A stretch of DNA of 32,000 nt from Rhodobacter capsulatus SB 1003 (GTDB taxonomy: Bacteria; Pseudomonadota; Alphaproteobacteria; Rhodobacterales; Rhodobacteraceae): NCBI RefSeq assembly GCF_000021865.1, contig NC_014034.1, positions 2,250,001 through 2,282,000 of the forward strand, written 5' to 3'. Under the pieces are notes generated by a model that saw nothing but the letters and a program-made list of their open reading frames with translations, did no database searches and was not told the DNA's origin. Of the stretch, positions 21,329 to 31,099 are shown one piece after another (within the stretch, counting starts at the first letter, position 1; each line of letters starts with the position of its first letter). Position numbers and translations under genes: made by a program.

Positions 21329-21748
21329 ATGCAACTGCACCGTGGCCGCCTGATCGATCATATTCAGCTTGTGGTGCGCGACCTGCCCACAAGCGAGAGC
21401 TTTTACACGGCGGTGATGTCCGTCCTGGGGATCCCGGTTCTGAGCACGGAGAACGGCTATTTCATCGCCGACGAGCTTGTCGTGTCTTCGGCCGACAGCC
21501 CGGCCGCTTCGGGCGCGTTGACGGGGCGGCACCATCTGGCCTTTCAGGCGCAGGATCGCGAAACCGTTGACGCGTTCTACCGCGCCGCCCTGGCGCATGG
21601 CGGGCGCGACAATGGCGCCCCCGGCCTCCGGGCCTATCATCCGGGATATTATGCCGCCTTCGTGCTGGACCCGGATGGCAACAACATCGAGGCGGTCTAT
21701 CAGGGCGCGGCGCAGCGCAGCGCCCCCTCGGTCACCATCGCCTTCTAG
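21329..21748 (+). CDS. VOC-family (glyoxalase / bleomycin-resistance / dioxygenase fold) protein
   Basis: 139 aa with IDHIQLVVRDL..S..FY, HLAF, and YYAAFVLDPDGNNIEAV. Confidence 0.8.
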   Translation: MQLHRGRLIDHIQLVVRDLPTSESFYTAVMSVLGIPVLSTENGYFIADELVVSSADSPAASGALTGRHHLAFQAQDRETVDAFYRAALAHGGRDNGAPGLRAYHPGYYAAFVLDPDGNNIEAVYQGAAQRSAPSVTIAF

Positions 21749-21778
21749 GCCAGGTTGGTCAGGCATCCGAGAGCGGCG

Positions 21779-21809
21779 CGGAACCGGGCTGCGGCCCTGC
21801 CCGCTTCCG
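21779..21809. terminator. Possible bidirectional terminator hairpin between convergent genes
   Basis: CGGAACCGGGC-tgcggccct-GCCCGCTTCCG pairs at 10 of 11 positions. It has no T-tract. Confidence 0.3.
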
Positions 21810-21811
21810 GC

Positions 21812-22864
21812 TCAGCGCGCCCGGTCGAGCATGCCGAACAGGTCGCGCGGGTCATCGGGGTCGGCCAGCATGTCGAGCGGCGCGAAGAAATCCGTGCCCC
21901 GGATGCGCTCATGCACGAAACGCAGCGCCGAGAAATCCTCGATCGCGAAGCCGACGGAATCGAAGAGCGTGATCTGGCGCGCATCGCGCCGCCCCGGCAC
22001 CTCTCCGCGCATCACCTGCCACAGCTCGATCACCGGATGGTCGGGGTCCAGCTGCTGGATCTCGCCCTCGATCCGGGTTTGCGGCGGATATTCGACAAAG
22101 ATATCCGCGCGCTTCAGGATGTCGGGATGCAGTTCCGTCTTGCCCGGACAATCGCCGCCGATCGCGTTGAGATGCACCCCGGCCCCCACCATGTTGTCGG
22201 TCAGGATCGTCGCGAATTGCTTGTCGGCGGTGCAGGTGGTGAGGATCTGCGCGCCTTCGACGGCCGTCTGGGTCGAGGCGCAGGCGGTCACCTCGAACCC
22301 CTGCGCGCGCAGGTTGCGCAGGGCCTTTTCGGTTGCCCGCGGGTCGATGTCGTAGAGCCGCAGTCGGTTGATGCCGCACAGCGCCCGGAACGCCAACGCC
22401 TGAAACTCGCATTGCGCGCCGTTGCCGATCAGCGCCATCACCTGCGCCCCCTCGGGCGCAAGATACCGCCCCACCAGCGCCGAGGTGGCAGCAGTGCGCA
22501 GCGCCGTCAGCAGCGTCATTTCGGTCAAAAGCAGCGGATAACCCGTGCTGACCGAAGAAAGCACGCCAAAGGCGGTGACCGTCTGATAGCCCGCGCGCAT
22601 GTTGCCCGGATGGCCGTTCACATATTTGAACCCGTAGCTTTCCGCATCGGCGGTCGGCATCAGTTCGATCACGCCATCGCGCGAATGGCTAGCCACGCGG
22701 GGGGTCTTGTCGAATTCGGGCCAGCGGCGGAAATCGGCCTCGATATGGCCCGCCAGATCGGCGATGAACCGTTCGACGCCGATCGCATGCACAAGACGCA
22801 TCATGTTCTCGACCGAGACGAAGGGCACGAAGGCCCGCTGCGAGGGTTGTGGGCGCAGCATCAT
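21812..22864 (-). CDS. ocd: Ornithine cyclodeaminase
   Basis: The sequence is mu-crystallin/OCD-like throughout (FKYVNGHP.N, LIGNGAQCEFQA, NAIGGDCPGKTEL). The start ATG at 22864 overlaps the arginase stop (ATGA). Confidence 0.85.
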   Translation of the reverse strand: MMLRPQPSQRAFVPFVSVENMMRLVHAIGVERFIADLAGHIEADFRRWPEFDKTPRVASHSRDGVIELMPTADAESYGFKYVNGHPGNMRAGYQTVTAFGVLSSVSTGYPLLLTEMTLLTALRTAATSALVGRYLAPEGAQVMALIGNGAQCEFQALAFRALCGINRLRLYDIDPRATEKALRNLRAQGFEVTACASTQTAVEGAQILTTCTADKQFATILTDNMVGAGVHLNAIGGDCPGKTELHPDILKRADIFVEYPPQTRIEGEIQQLDPDHPVIELWQVMRGEVPGRRDARQITLFDSVGFAIEDFSALRFVHERIRGTDFFAPLDMLADPDDPRDLFGMLDRAR

Positions 22865-23790
22865 GCGAAGCTCCGGGTCTGACGGTCCAGCACGCGGCGG
22901 CCGAACAGGCTGGCGGCCAGGTCGCAGATCAGCGAAGCGGTGCGGCCGCGCTCGTCCAGAAACGGGTTCAGCTCGACCAGATCGAGCGAGGTGACAACCC
23001 CGGCATCGCACAGATATTCCATGATCAGATGCGCCTCGCGGAAGGTGGCGCCGCCCGGCACGGTGGTGCCCACCGCGGGGGCGATGCCCGGGTCAAGGAA
23101 ATCGACATCGAAGCTGACATGCAGCAGCCCGTTCGCCGCCTTGACCCGGTCGATGAAGGCCCGCAGCGGCGCGACGACGCCGGTCTCGTCGATGGCGCGC
23201 ATGTCATGCACCTCGATCCCGTGCTCGAGAATGCGGCGATGCTCGGCCGGATCGACCGAACGAATGCCCATCATGCACAGCCGCGACGGGTCGATCGCAT
23301 GGGCCAGCGGCGGATAGGCGGCGAAATCGCCAAGGCCGCAGGCATAGGCGACGGGCGTGCCATGCAGATTGCCGCTTTCGGTGGTATCAAGCGAATGCAG
23401 ATCGGGATGCGCGTCAAGCCAGAGCACGAAGAGCGGACGGCCCAGCCGCGCGGCATGGGCGGCAACCCCCGCCATCGTGCCCGCCGACATGGAATGATCG
23501 CCGCCCAGAAACACCGGCAGATCGCTTTGCGCCGCGGCCGCCTCGGCGCGCGCGGCCAGAAGCGCGATCCAGGCGCGGGTCTCGGCCAGATGATGCACCG
23601 CGGGATTGGCATGGGCCACCGCCGCCTGCGGACCGATCGACAGATCGCCCTGATCCTCGATCCGCCATCCCAGCGCCGTCAGGCTGGCGATCAACCCCGC
23701 CGTGCGCAGGCTGGCCGGTCCCATCACGCAACCCGGCTGGTGGGTGCCGCTCTGGATCGGCGCCCCGAGAATGATACTGCTTCGCGTCAT
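22861..23790 (-). CDS. rocF: Arginase
   Basis: 309 aa with the ureohydrolase motifs GGDHSMS, LWLDAHPD and SFDVDFLDP. Confidence 0.9.
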   Translation of the reverse strand: MTRSSIILGAPIQSGTHQPGCVMGPASLRTAGLIASLTALGWRIEDQGDLSIGPQAAVAHANPAVHHLAETRAWIALLAARAEAAAAQSDLPVFLGGDHSMSAGTMAGVAAHAARLGRPLFVLWLDAHPDLHSLDTTESGNLHGTPVAYACGLGDFAAYPPLAHAIDPSRLCMMGIRSVDPAEHRRILEHGIEVHDMRAIDETGVVAPLRAFIDRVKAANGLLHVSFDVDFLDPGIAPAVGTTVPGGATFREAHLIMEYLCDAGVVTSLDLVELNPFLDERGRTASLICDLAASLFGRRVLDRQTRSFA

Positions 23791-23908
23791 CTTTTGCTCC
23801 TGTAGAGGCGAAAGGCTCGCAAACCTCGTTGCAGGTTTCGCTGGCCATTCTGATCACCTTGGTATTTTATCTGCTCATCCTGACCAGCCATATGGACAAT
23901 ATGACCAG

Positions 23909-24337
23909 ATGACCGACCTCAGCGCCACCGACCGGCGGATCATCGCCGCGCTGCGCCGGAATGCGCGGATGAGCATCACCGAACTGGCCCATGCCGCGCA
24001 GGTCTCGCGCACCACGGCCAAGCTGCGGCTCGATACCCTGCTGGCCGAGGGCCGGATCCGGCGCTTCACCATCGAGACCGATGTGGATGTCGAGGGCGAA
24101 GTGCGCGCGATCACACTGGTGGAATTGCAGGGCAAGCTCTCGCGGCAGGTGATCCGGACCCTGACCGGCCTGCCCGAGGTCAGCACCGTGCATGCCACCA
24201 ACGGCGCCTGGGATCTGGTGGTGGAAATCCGCACCGGCTCGCTGGTCGATTTCGACCGGGTGCTGCGCGCGATCCGCGAAATTCCGGGGGTGATCAACAG
24301 CCAAAGCTGCCTGCTGCTCGCCCATGTGGCGGCCTGA
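23909..24337 (+). CDS. Lrp/AsnC-family transcriptional regulator, divergent from rocF-ocd
   Basis: MTDLSATDRRIIAALRRNARMSITELAHAAQVSRTTAKLRLDTL forms the HTH. A C-terminal RAM/AsnC_trans_reg domain follows. The start was taken at the internal ATG at 23909. Confidence 0.85.
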   Translation: MTDLSATDRRIIAALRRNARMSITELAHAAQVSRTTAKLRLDTLLAEGRIRRFTIETDVDVEGEVRAITLVELQGKLSRQVIRTLTGLPEVSTVHATNGAWDLVVEIRTGSLVDFDRVLRAIREIPGVINSQSCLLLAHVAA

Positions 24338-24444
24338 CCCGCGGCACCGGCCGGGCCCGCGGGGCGGCCGCCGCGGGGGAAGACGGCCCCGATCCCGGCA
24401 GGCCGGTCGCAATGCGCCTTGACGGCGGGGATCTTCGCGGGCAC

Positions 24445-24650
24445 CTTCGCGGCAGATGGTTCCCGGCCAAGCCACGCGCGGCCGGGTGAAAAGGGAATAC
24501 GGTGTGGTGTAGGCATCAGCCGCCAAATCCGTAACTGCCCCCGCAACTGTAAGCGGCGAGCACCCCCCGGCAACCACTGGCCCCGACCGCGGGGCCGGGA
24601 AGGTGGGGAAGCCACGACCCGCAAGTCAGGAGACCTGCCATCAGCGTCAT
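24445..24650 (+). promoter_or_regulatory. Cobalamin (B12) riboswitch
   Basis: Conserved blocks, in canonical order:
- GGTGAAAAGGGAATACGGTG (24485-).
- CTGCCCCCGCAACTGTAAGCGG.
- CCACTGG...GGGAAGGTGG.
- The B12 box AAGTCAGGAGACCTGCC (24623-24639). Confidence 0.8.
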
Positions 24651-24853
24651 CAACCGCCGGGCGGGGTGTCCCGGAAGGAGCATGCGATGGATCAGCGCAA
24701 GCGGCGGCCTTTGGCCGGGCCGCAGCATGTCGGGGCGCCGCCGGTGCCGCCCCCGGCTCCGGGCCGCGGGGCCGGGCCGGGGCGGGCTTGCGCGACGGCC
24801 CGGCCCTCGCCGCCCCGACACGGCCCCCCTCCCCTTTGCGAAAGGACGAAGCC

Positions 24854-25627
24854 GTGACCATGGTCGATCTCTCCGGGGTGTTCTGGGGGCCAAAGGGGCA
24901 GCCGGACCTTCTGTCGGATATTTCCTTTGCCGTGCCCGAGGGGCAGAGTCTCGCGATCTGCGGCGCGAAGGGGGCGGGGAAAACCGCGCTGTTGCGGCTG
25001 ATCTGCCGCCAGATCGCGCCCAATCGCGGCACGGTGCGGCTGCTGGGGCGCGATCTGTGGCTGATGAGCGCGCCCGAGGCCGCCCGCGTGCTGGCCGCGG
25101 TGCTGCAGGAACAGCCGGGCGAATTCGGCCTGACGGTCCGGCAGATCGTCGCGCTGGGGCGGTTGCCGCATCGGCGCGGCTGGGGCGCGGGGCTGGCCAC
25201 GCCCGACGGCGCCGATGCGACGCTTGTTCAGGCGGCGCTCGACCGGCTTGAGCTGACGGCGCTGGCGAGCCGCCCCTTTGCCACGCTGTCGGGGGGCGAA
25301 CGGCAGCGCGTGATGATCGCGCGCGCGCTGGCGCAGGAACCCCGGGTGATCGTGCTTGACGAGCCGACGCCCCCTCTCGACATCCGTTCCCGGCTGGACC
25401 TGCTGGCCCTGCTCAAGGGGCTCGGGCTGACGGTGATCACGGCGCTGCACGACCTGACGCTTGCCGCCGATTTTGCCGACCGGGTGCTGGTGCTGCACGA
25501 GGGGCGGCTTCTGGCCGATGGCCCGCCCGACACCGCCCTGACCGAGACGGTTCTGGCCCGCGCCTTCCGGGTGCAGGCCCGGATCGACCGCAGCGGCGCC
25601 CGCCCCTGCTTTGCCTGCCATCTGTGA
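24854..25627 (+). CDS. ABC transporter ATP-binding protein (FecE/BtuD/HmuV-type iron-siderophore or cobalamin importer ATPase)
   Basis: Walker A is GAKGAGKT, the signature is LSGGERQR, and Walker B is VIVLDEPT. GRLPH is typical of the FecE/BtuD clade. The start is GTG at 24854 (Shine-Dalgarno AAGGA) or ATG at 24860. Confidence 0.8.
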   Translation: MTMVDLSGVFWGPKGQPDLLSDISFAVPEGQSLAICGAKGAGKTALLRLICRQIAPNRGTVRLLGRDLWLMSAPEAARVLAAVLQEQPGEFGLTVRQIVALGRLPHRRGWGAGLATPDGADATLVQAALDRLELTALASRPFATLSGGERQRVMIARALAQEPRVIVLDEPTPPLDIRSRLDLLALLKGLGLTVITALHDLTLAADFADRVLVLHEGRLLADGPPDTALTETVLARAFRVQARIDRSGARPCFACHL

Positions 25628-25690
25628 GCCTTCCGAAAGGCCCCCCCGGATGCGTGCCGCCTGTGCCTGACGGCCCCGGCCGGTTCCGCC

Positions 25691-27607
25691 TCAGGCCGCC
25701 CGGCTCTGCGCCGCCTCGTCCTCGACCCGGAACACGCCGCTGAGCTCCTTGAGGCTGCGCGCCTCGTTCAAAAGCCCCTGCGTCGCGGCCGAATTTTCCT
25801 CGAACATCGCGGCATTGTGCTGGGTGACCTGATCGAGCTGGTTCACCGCCGCGGTGACCTCGCTGATCCCCGCCGATTGCTCGGTCGCGGCATTGGCGAT
25901 GCTGACCAGAAGCCCGTCCAGTTCGGTGACAAGGGTTTCGATCTGTTCCAGCGCCGTATCCGAGCGCGAGGCCAGCTCCACCCCCGAGGCCACCTGCCGC
26001 GACGAGGTATCGATCAAGGTCGCGATTTCCCGCGCCGCTTCCGAAGACCGCTGCGCCAGCGCCCGCACCTCCGAGGCGACGACGGCAAAGCCGCGCCCGC
26101 TCTCCCCCGCCCGCGCGGCCTCGACGCCCGCATTCAGCGCAAGCAGGTTGGTCTGGAAGGCGATGTCGTCGATGACGCTGGTGATGCGCGAGATCTGTTC
26201 CGAGCTGCGGGCAATGTCGTCCATCGCCTGCGCGGTCTGACGCACCACATCGCGCCCCGTTGCCGTGGTGGTCCGGGTCCGGCTGACCGCCTGCGCCGCG
26301 GTCCGCGCCCCGGCGACCGAATTTTCCACCGACGAGGCCATCTCGTTCATCGCCGCCGCGGTTTCCTCGAGCGAGGCCGCCTGCATCTCGGTGCGCCGTC
26401 CAAGCTCGCTTGACGCCGAGCTGAGATGGCGCGTTTCCAGTTCCACCACATCGGTCGCCCGCACGATCGAGGCGATCAGCCCCGACATCTTCGCCAGCGC
26501 GGCGTTGAAATCATGCCGCAGGTTTTCATAGGACTCGGGGAAGGACTGGGTGATCCGCCCGGTCAGATCGCCCGCAGACATCGCGCGCAGGCCCGCGGCA
26601 AGCGTGCCGACCACATGGTTTTGCTCGGCCATCTGCGCTTCACGCGCGGCCTCTTCGCGGCGGCGCTGCTCTTCGCGTTCGGTCAGGCGCCGCGCCTCCT
26701 CCTGAAGACGCTCGCGTTCCAGCTCGGCCTCGCGCAGGCGCATGGCTTCCTCGCGCTCGCGCGCTTCGGATTGCGCCCTGGCCAGCGCGGCTTCCTGCGC
26801 CTTGCGCTGCTCTTCCATCTGCGCCTTTTCATGCAGCGAGATCCGGAACACCTCGATCGCCTTGGCCATGTCGCCCACTTCGCTGCGCAGATCGGTGCAG
26901 GGCACCGCACTTTCGGCATCGCCCGCGGTCATCCGCTCCATCCGGCCATGCACCTGCGCCAGAGGTTTGGTGACACTGCGCGCAAGACCGGTCGCCGCCG
27001 CCACCAGCACCAGCGCCACCAGCCCCATCGAGATGAAGCTGACCTGCCGCAGATGCACGAGCGCCGCCGCGATGTCGCTGACATAGGACCCCGTGCCGAC
27101 GATCCAGCCCCAGGGGGTGAAATCGCGCACGAAACCGATCTTTTCTTCGGGCGTGTCGGTGTCGGGCTTTTGGAACATGTAGCGGATCGACCCGGCGCCC
27201 TCGGACTCGGCGAGGGCGATCATTTCCTGATAGATCTTCGTGCCTTGCGGGTCGGTCAGGTCGATCTTCGAAGTGCCGACCCAATCGGGTTTGACCGGAT
27301 GCGCCTGCACGGTCGCGCTGTGGTCGATGACGAAGAAATAGCCCGAGTCGTCAAACCGCAACCCGGAAATCCGTTTCGCGCCCTCGGCCTTTGCGGCGGC
27401 CAGATCCATTTCGCCCGCTTCGACCTGCTTTTGCAACTCTGCCAGAATGCTGACCGCGGTGTCCGTGACATCGCTCAGATGCTGCTGGCGCATTTCGTAG
27501 GCGTTCCCGACCGCGAAATGCAGCAGCGTCTCGGACAAAACGAGAAGCGAGAAAGAGGCAAGCGCCACAATGGCATAGATACGCGCCGAGATTCCCCAAA
27601 GTCGCAT
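25691..27607 (-). CDS. Methyl-accepting chemotaxis protein with a periplasmic Cache-like sensor
   Basis: - An N-terminal TM segment.
- A Cache-type region ([22 protein letters not shown]...).
- A second TM segment and a HAMP domain.
- An E/R-rich coiled coil.
- The conserved signalling hairpin [33 protein letters not shown].

The start was taken at ATG 27607. Confidence 0.9.
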
Positions 27608-28027
27608 GTTTCTTGGTCCTTTCAAAAGCAATTCAGTCCACCCGGCGCAGGCCTGCAAGAAAGATCGCGGGCCCGGGTCCTAATGCCAGCCCCCGCCGCG
27701 ATGCCGGATTTGCGCCCGTCACGGGCGCCTTGCCCGCCAGGAGAGATCCCGCAGGATCTGGGCGGCACGCGGTTGCGGTCTGTCATCTCACCCCTCGAGT
27801 CGAACTGTTCAACCGAGGTGAGTCTGCCGCGGGAAAGAAAACAACCGGTTTAGCGCCGCGGGCGATTCCCGCCGAAAGCCCTGTGATCGGCATCAAATCG
27901 GCGGTGTGACGCAGCGTCATATTCGAAAAAAAACAAGTCGAATTTGCGCGATCCGGCCCCGCCCTTCGGGCCGTTGCCTTTGCCGCGCAGCGATGGCTTC
28001 GGGCCGGGCCAGCTCGTCCTGCAGCCG

Positions 28028-28675
28028 TTACGGCGCGACGGCCTCCAACGCATCCAGCGCCCAGTCGATGTCGCGCGTCGCAAACTGGCGCAGCACCTTT
28101 CGTATCCGTTCCTCTTCCCAGGTCCACCATTTCAGCGCCAGAAAGCGGGCGATCTGCTCGTCGGTAAATCGCTTGCGCAGCGGCTTGGCGGGAATGCCGG
28201 CGGCGATCGTGTAGGGCTCGATATCCGACGTGACCAGAGCGCGCGTGCCGATGACCGCGCCGTGACCGATCCGGACCCCCGCCTGGATGATCGTGTCCCG
28301 GCCGATCCAGACATCCGAGCCGATCACGACGCTCAGGTCGCGTTCATATCCCGCCGGGCGTTCCGCCCCCGCCACGGGCCCGAAGACCATGCGCATCGGA
28401 TAGGTCGAGACAAAATCAAGCGGATGAATGCCCTGCGTGCCGACATAAATCGACACCTCGGCGGCGATGGAACAAAAGGCGCCGATCTCGACGGAATGGG
28501 CGGTCTTTTCAGCCTCGTTCCATTTCAACGCGGGCGTTCCGTAGCTGTAGGCGCCGACAGAAATCCGAAACCCGCGATCGATCAGAGGTTTCAGGCCGAA
28601 GGCGGTGGTCGGCGGCATCCGCGGGTGGTGACGTTCAATGGGTTCAAAGGGTTCGTTCATGGAAAACTCGGACAT
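28028..28675 (-). CDS. Hexapeptide-repeat (left-handed beta-helix) xenobiotic/antibiotic-type acetyltransferase
   Basis: 215 aa with VVIGSDVWIGRDTIIQAGVRIGHGAVIGTRALVTSDIEPYTIAAGIPAKPLRKRF, which resembles the XAT/Vat/CatB class. Confidence 0.75.
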   Translation of the reverse strand: MSEFSMNEPFEPIERHHPRMPPTTAFGLKPLIDRGFRISVGAYSYGTPALKWNEAEKTAHSVEIGAFCSIAAEVSIYVGTQGIHPLDFVSTYPMRMVFGPVAGAERPAGYERDLSVVIGSDVWIGRDTIIQAGVRIGHGAVIGTRALVTSDIEPYTIAAGIPAKPLRKRFTDEQIARFLALKWWTWEEERIRKVLRQFATRDIDWALDALEAVAP

Positions 28676-28696
28676 GACTGCGGTTTTGGTTCACGA

Positions 28697-29647
28697 TCAG
28701 CTGCGCTGCAGGAAAAGCACGATCTGACCCGGTTGCGCGACGCTGATATCCGTGGCCACAAGGGTCCAGCCCTTCCAGCGGTCGCGGACATATGCGATGC
28801 TGGTCGAAGTTTCTCCGAAGAAGGCCGACTTGTCCTTGGTTCCAAGATTGCCCCCGACAAGATGGGCAAACCCTTCGCTGCGGTGTTTCCGGATCATGGT
28901 TTCACGCGTGGCGGCATCAAAGCGCGGCCCCTGCCAGAAGATATCGCGGCGGATGGTCGCGGCCAGAACGCCCTTGGGGGCAATATAGTCGCGCAGCGTC
29001 TCGAGCACCTTGAATTGATAGGCTTCATTGAGGTGGGTGAAAACGCTGAAGACATTGATCAGGTCGAATTTCTGGCCGGGATCGGCGGGAAGCGAGTCGG
29101 GATAGGGGTCGCATTGGCGGAAGGTGCCCGGAACCTTGTCACGCGCGCAGATGGCGATCGATTCCGCCATCGGATCGAAGCCGTAGATCTGTTCGGCCGC
29201 AAGGAAGCGGGACAGAAAGCGCGGAATGCGCCCCCAGCCGCAGCCATGGTCAAGGAACATCATCTCGGTGGCGGGCTTGCCGCTGAGAAAGGAGGCATGG
29301 GCCAGCAAGGATTTGATGTAGCCGGAGGCGACGGTCACCATTTGCGACCCGTGGGTTCCGGTCCATTTGATTTGCTCGGCTTCCGCCGGTGTCCGGGGCA
29401 GCAGCTCGCCAAGTCGCCCGGCAGGACGGCCGACAAACTGCAAAAGGCCGTAAACCTCGAGGGGAATGTCCTGAAAAAGAATATTGAGGCGAGACTCATG
29501 TTTTGCGGCTTCCTCGGCACGGGCGACAAGTCCGCGGATATCGCCGTCATTCAGCAAATTGGGATCAATCATTTCCTGTCCAGCCCCTCGAATAAAATCG
29601 ACGCCTGCAAGAGATCTGTCTCTTGTCGAAAACTCCCCGAATTCCAC
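28697..29647 (-). CDS. Class I SAM-dependent methyltransferase
   Basis: 316 aa with motif I FLDHGCGWGR, then IYGFDP and FDLINVFSVFTHL. Confidence 0.75.
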   Translation of the reverse strand: MEFGEFSTRDRSLAGVDFIRGAGQEMIDPNLLNDGDIRGLVARAEEAAKHESRLNILFQDIPLEVYGLLQFVGRPAGRLGELLPRTPAEAEQIKWTGTHGSQMVTVASGYIKSLLAHASFLSGKPATEMMFLDHGCGWGRIPRFLSRFLAAEQIYGFDPMAESIAICARDKVPGTFRQCDPYPDSLPADPGQKFDLINVFSVFTHLNEAYQFKVLETLRDYIAPKGVLAATIRRDIFWQGPRFDAATRETMIRKHRSEGFAHLVGGNLGTKDKSAFFGETSTSIAYVRDRWKGWTLVATDISVAQPGQIVLFLQRS

Positions 29648-29948
29648 CCGCAGAACAAGACTTTTATTATTGCGGGGTCTACCGTAGATTGCGGGCGTGA
29701 TTCCCCTTTGACCCGGCGCAATCCGCCCGGGGTGATTCGTTTTGTTCGGAACTTGTTATCTCAGCCCTTTGGGCAAGTTAAAGGCGACGCAGGACGCTCT
29801 GATTGACGCGCGTCCCTGCGGGCAAAGCGCCGCTTGAATGACATATCCGAAACTCTGCTTTTTCCAGGGGGGATGACCGGCGGTCTTGCACGGCATGATC
29901 TTCTTCAAGCGCAATGGCTTGCGCCGATGTGCCCGGCCGGAAACGGCG

Positions 29949-31025
29949 TCAGGACGCCGTCTCCGGCGCGGCGGCAAAGACCTGCACCGCCCCCGGGTCA
30001 AGCCGCAGACCGACCCGCCCCGGGGGGCGCGGCTGCCGGGTTGAGGGCAGGTCAAGCCGCAGCTCCACCCCGCCCGCCTCAAGCCGCAGGACCAGCCGCT
30101 CCTGCGCGCCCAGAAATTCGGCCCGTTCGATCCGCGCCGGGGCCCCCGCGGCCGGATCGCAAAGCGCAAGCGCCTGCGGGCGAAAGAAGGCCACCGCCGC
30201 CTGCCCCTCGGCCAGCCCCGGGGCGGCAAACCGGCCCAGCGGCGTCACCAGCGCGCCGCCCGCCACCTGCCCCGGCAGGGTGCTGCCCGGACCGAGAAAG
30301 CGCGCGGCGTAAAGCGTTGGCGGCGCGTGATAAAGGCTGCGCGGATCGGCCAAAGCCTCGATCTTGCCCGCCTGCATCACGGCCAGATGATCGGCCACCG
30401 CCAGCGCCTCGGCCGGGTCATGGGTGACAAGGATCGCCGCCACCCCGATCTGGCGCAACAGCGCCAGCGTCTCGGCCCGGACGCTGTCGCGCAGCCCCTG
30501 ATCCAGGTTGGAAAACGGCTCGTCCATCAGCAAAAGCCCGGGCCTCGGCGCCAGCGCCCGCGCCAGCGCCACGCGCTGGCTTTCCCCGCCCGAAAGCTGG
30601 TGCGGATAGCGGTCCGCCAAAGCGCTTACCCCCGCCACCGCCAGAACCTCGGCCACCCGGGCCTTCAGCTCCGCAGAGGGCGCCCCGCGCAGGCCGAAGG
30701 CCACGTTTTCCGCCACGCTCAGATGCGGAAACAGCGCGTAATCCTGAAACATGAAGCCGATGCCGCGCGCCTCGGGGTCGACGAACCGCCCCGGCCCCGC
30801 CAGCACCCGCCCCGCCAGCACGATCTCGCCGCTGTCCGGGCGCTCGACCCCGGCGATCAGGCGCAGCAGCGTGGACTTGCCGCAGCCCGACGCGCCCAGC
30901 AGACACAGGATTTCGCCCTGACCAAGGTTGAAGGAAATCTCCGCAAGCGCCGTCACCGCACCGAAACGGCGGCTGACGCGATCAAGACGAAGCCAGGAAG
31001 CGGCGGGCAAGGGCGCAGGTGTCAT
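29949..31025 (-). CDS. ABC transporter ATP-binding protein, PotA/FbpC-type importer ATPase with a C-terminal regulatory (TOBE-like) domain
   Basis: Walker A is GASGCGKST, the Q-loop is FMFQDYALFPHLSV, the signature is LSGGESQR, and Walker B is LLLMDEPFS. Confidence 0.85.
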   Translation of the reverse strand: MTPAPLPAASWLRLDRVSRRFGAVTALAEISFNLGQGEILCLLGASGCGKSTLLRLIAGVERPDSGEIVLAGRVLAGPGRFVDPEARGIGFMFQDYALFPHLSVAENVAFGLRGAPSAELKARVAEVLAVAGVSALADRYPHQLSGGESQRVALARALAPRPGLLLMDEPFSNLDQGLRDSVRAETLALLRQIGVAAILVTHDPAEALAVADHLAVMQAGKIEALADPRSLYHAPPTLYAARFLGPGSTLPGQVAGGALVTPLGRFAAPGLAEGQAAVAFFRPQALALCDPAAGAPARIERAEFLGAQERLVLRLEAGGVELRLDLPSTRQPRPPGRVGLRLDPGAVQVFAAAPETAS

Positions 31026-31099
31026 CGGCCCAATCTAGGCAACCGCGGCCAAAAATCCATCCCGCACCAGCGGATTTGCCGCCTGCTGAGCGCCCCGGT

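Noticed and set aside
24603-24857. An 84-aa ORF filling the spacer between the B12 riboswitch and the ABC ATPase.
   Set aside because: It starts inside the riboswitch, has Pro/Gly/Arg-rich low-complexity composition, and has no Shine-Dalgarno sequence. It is more likely noncoding leader.
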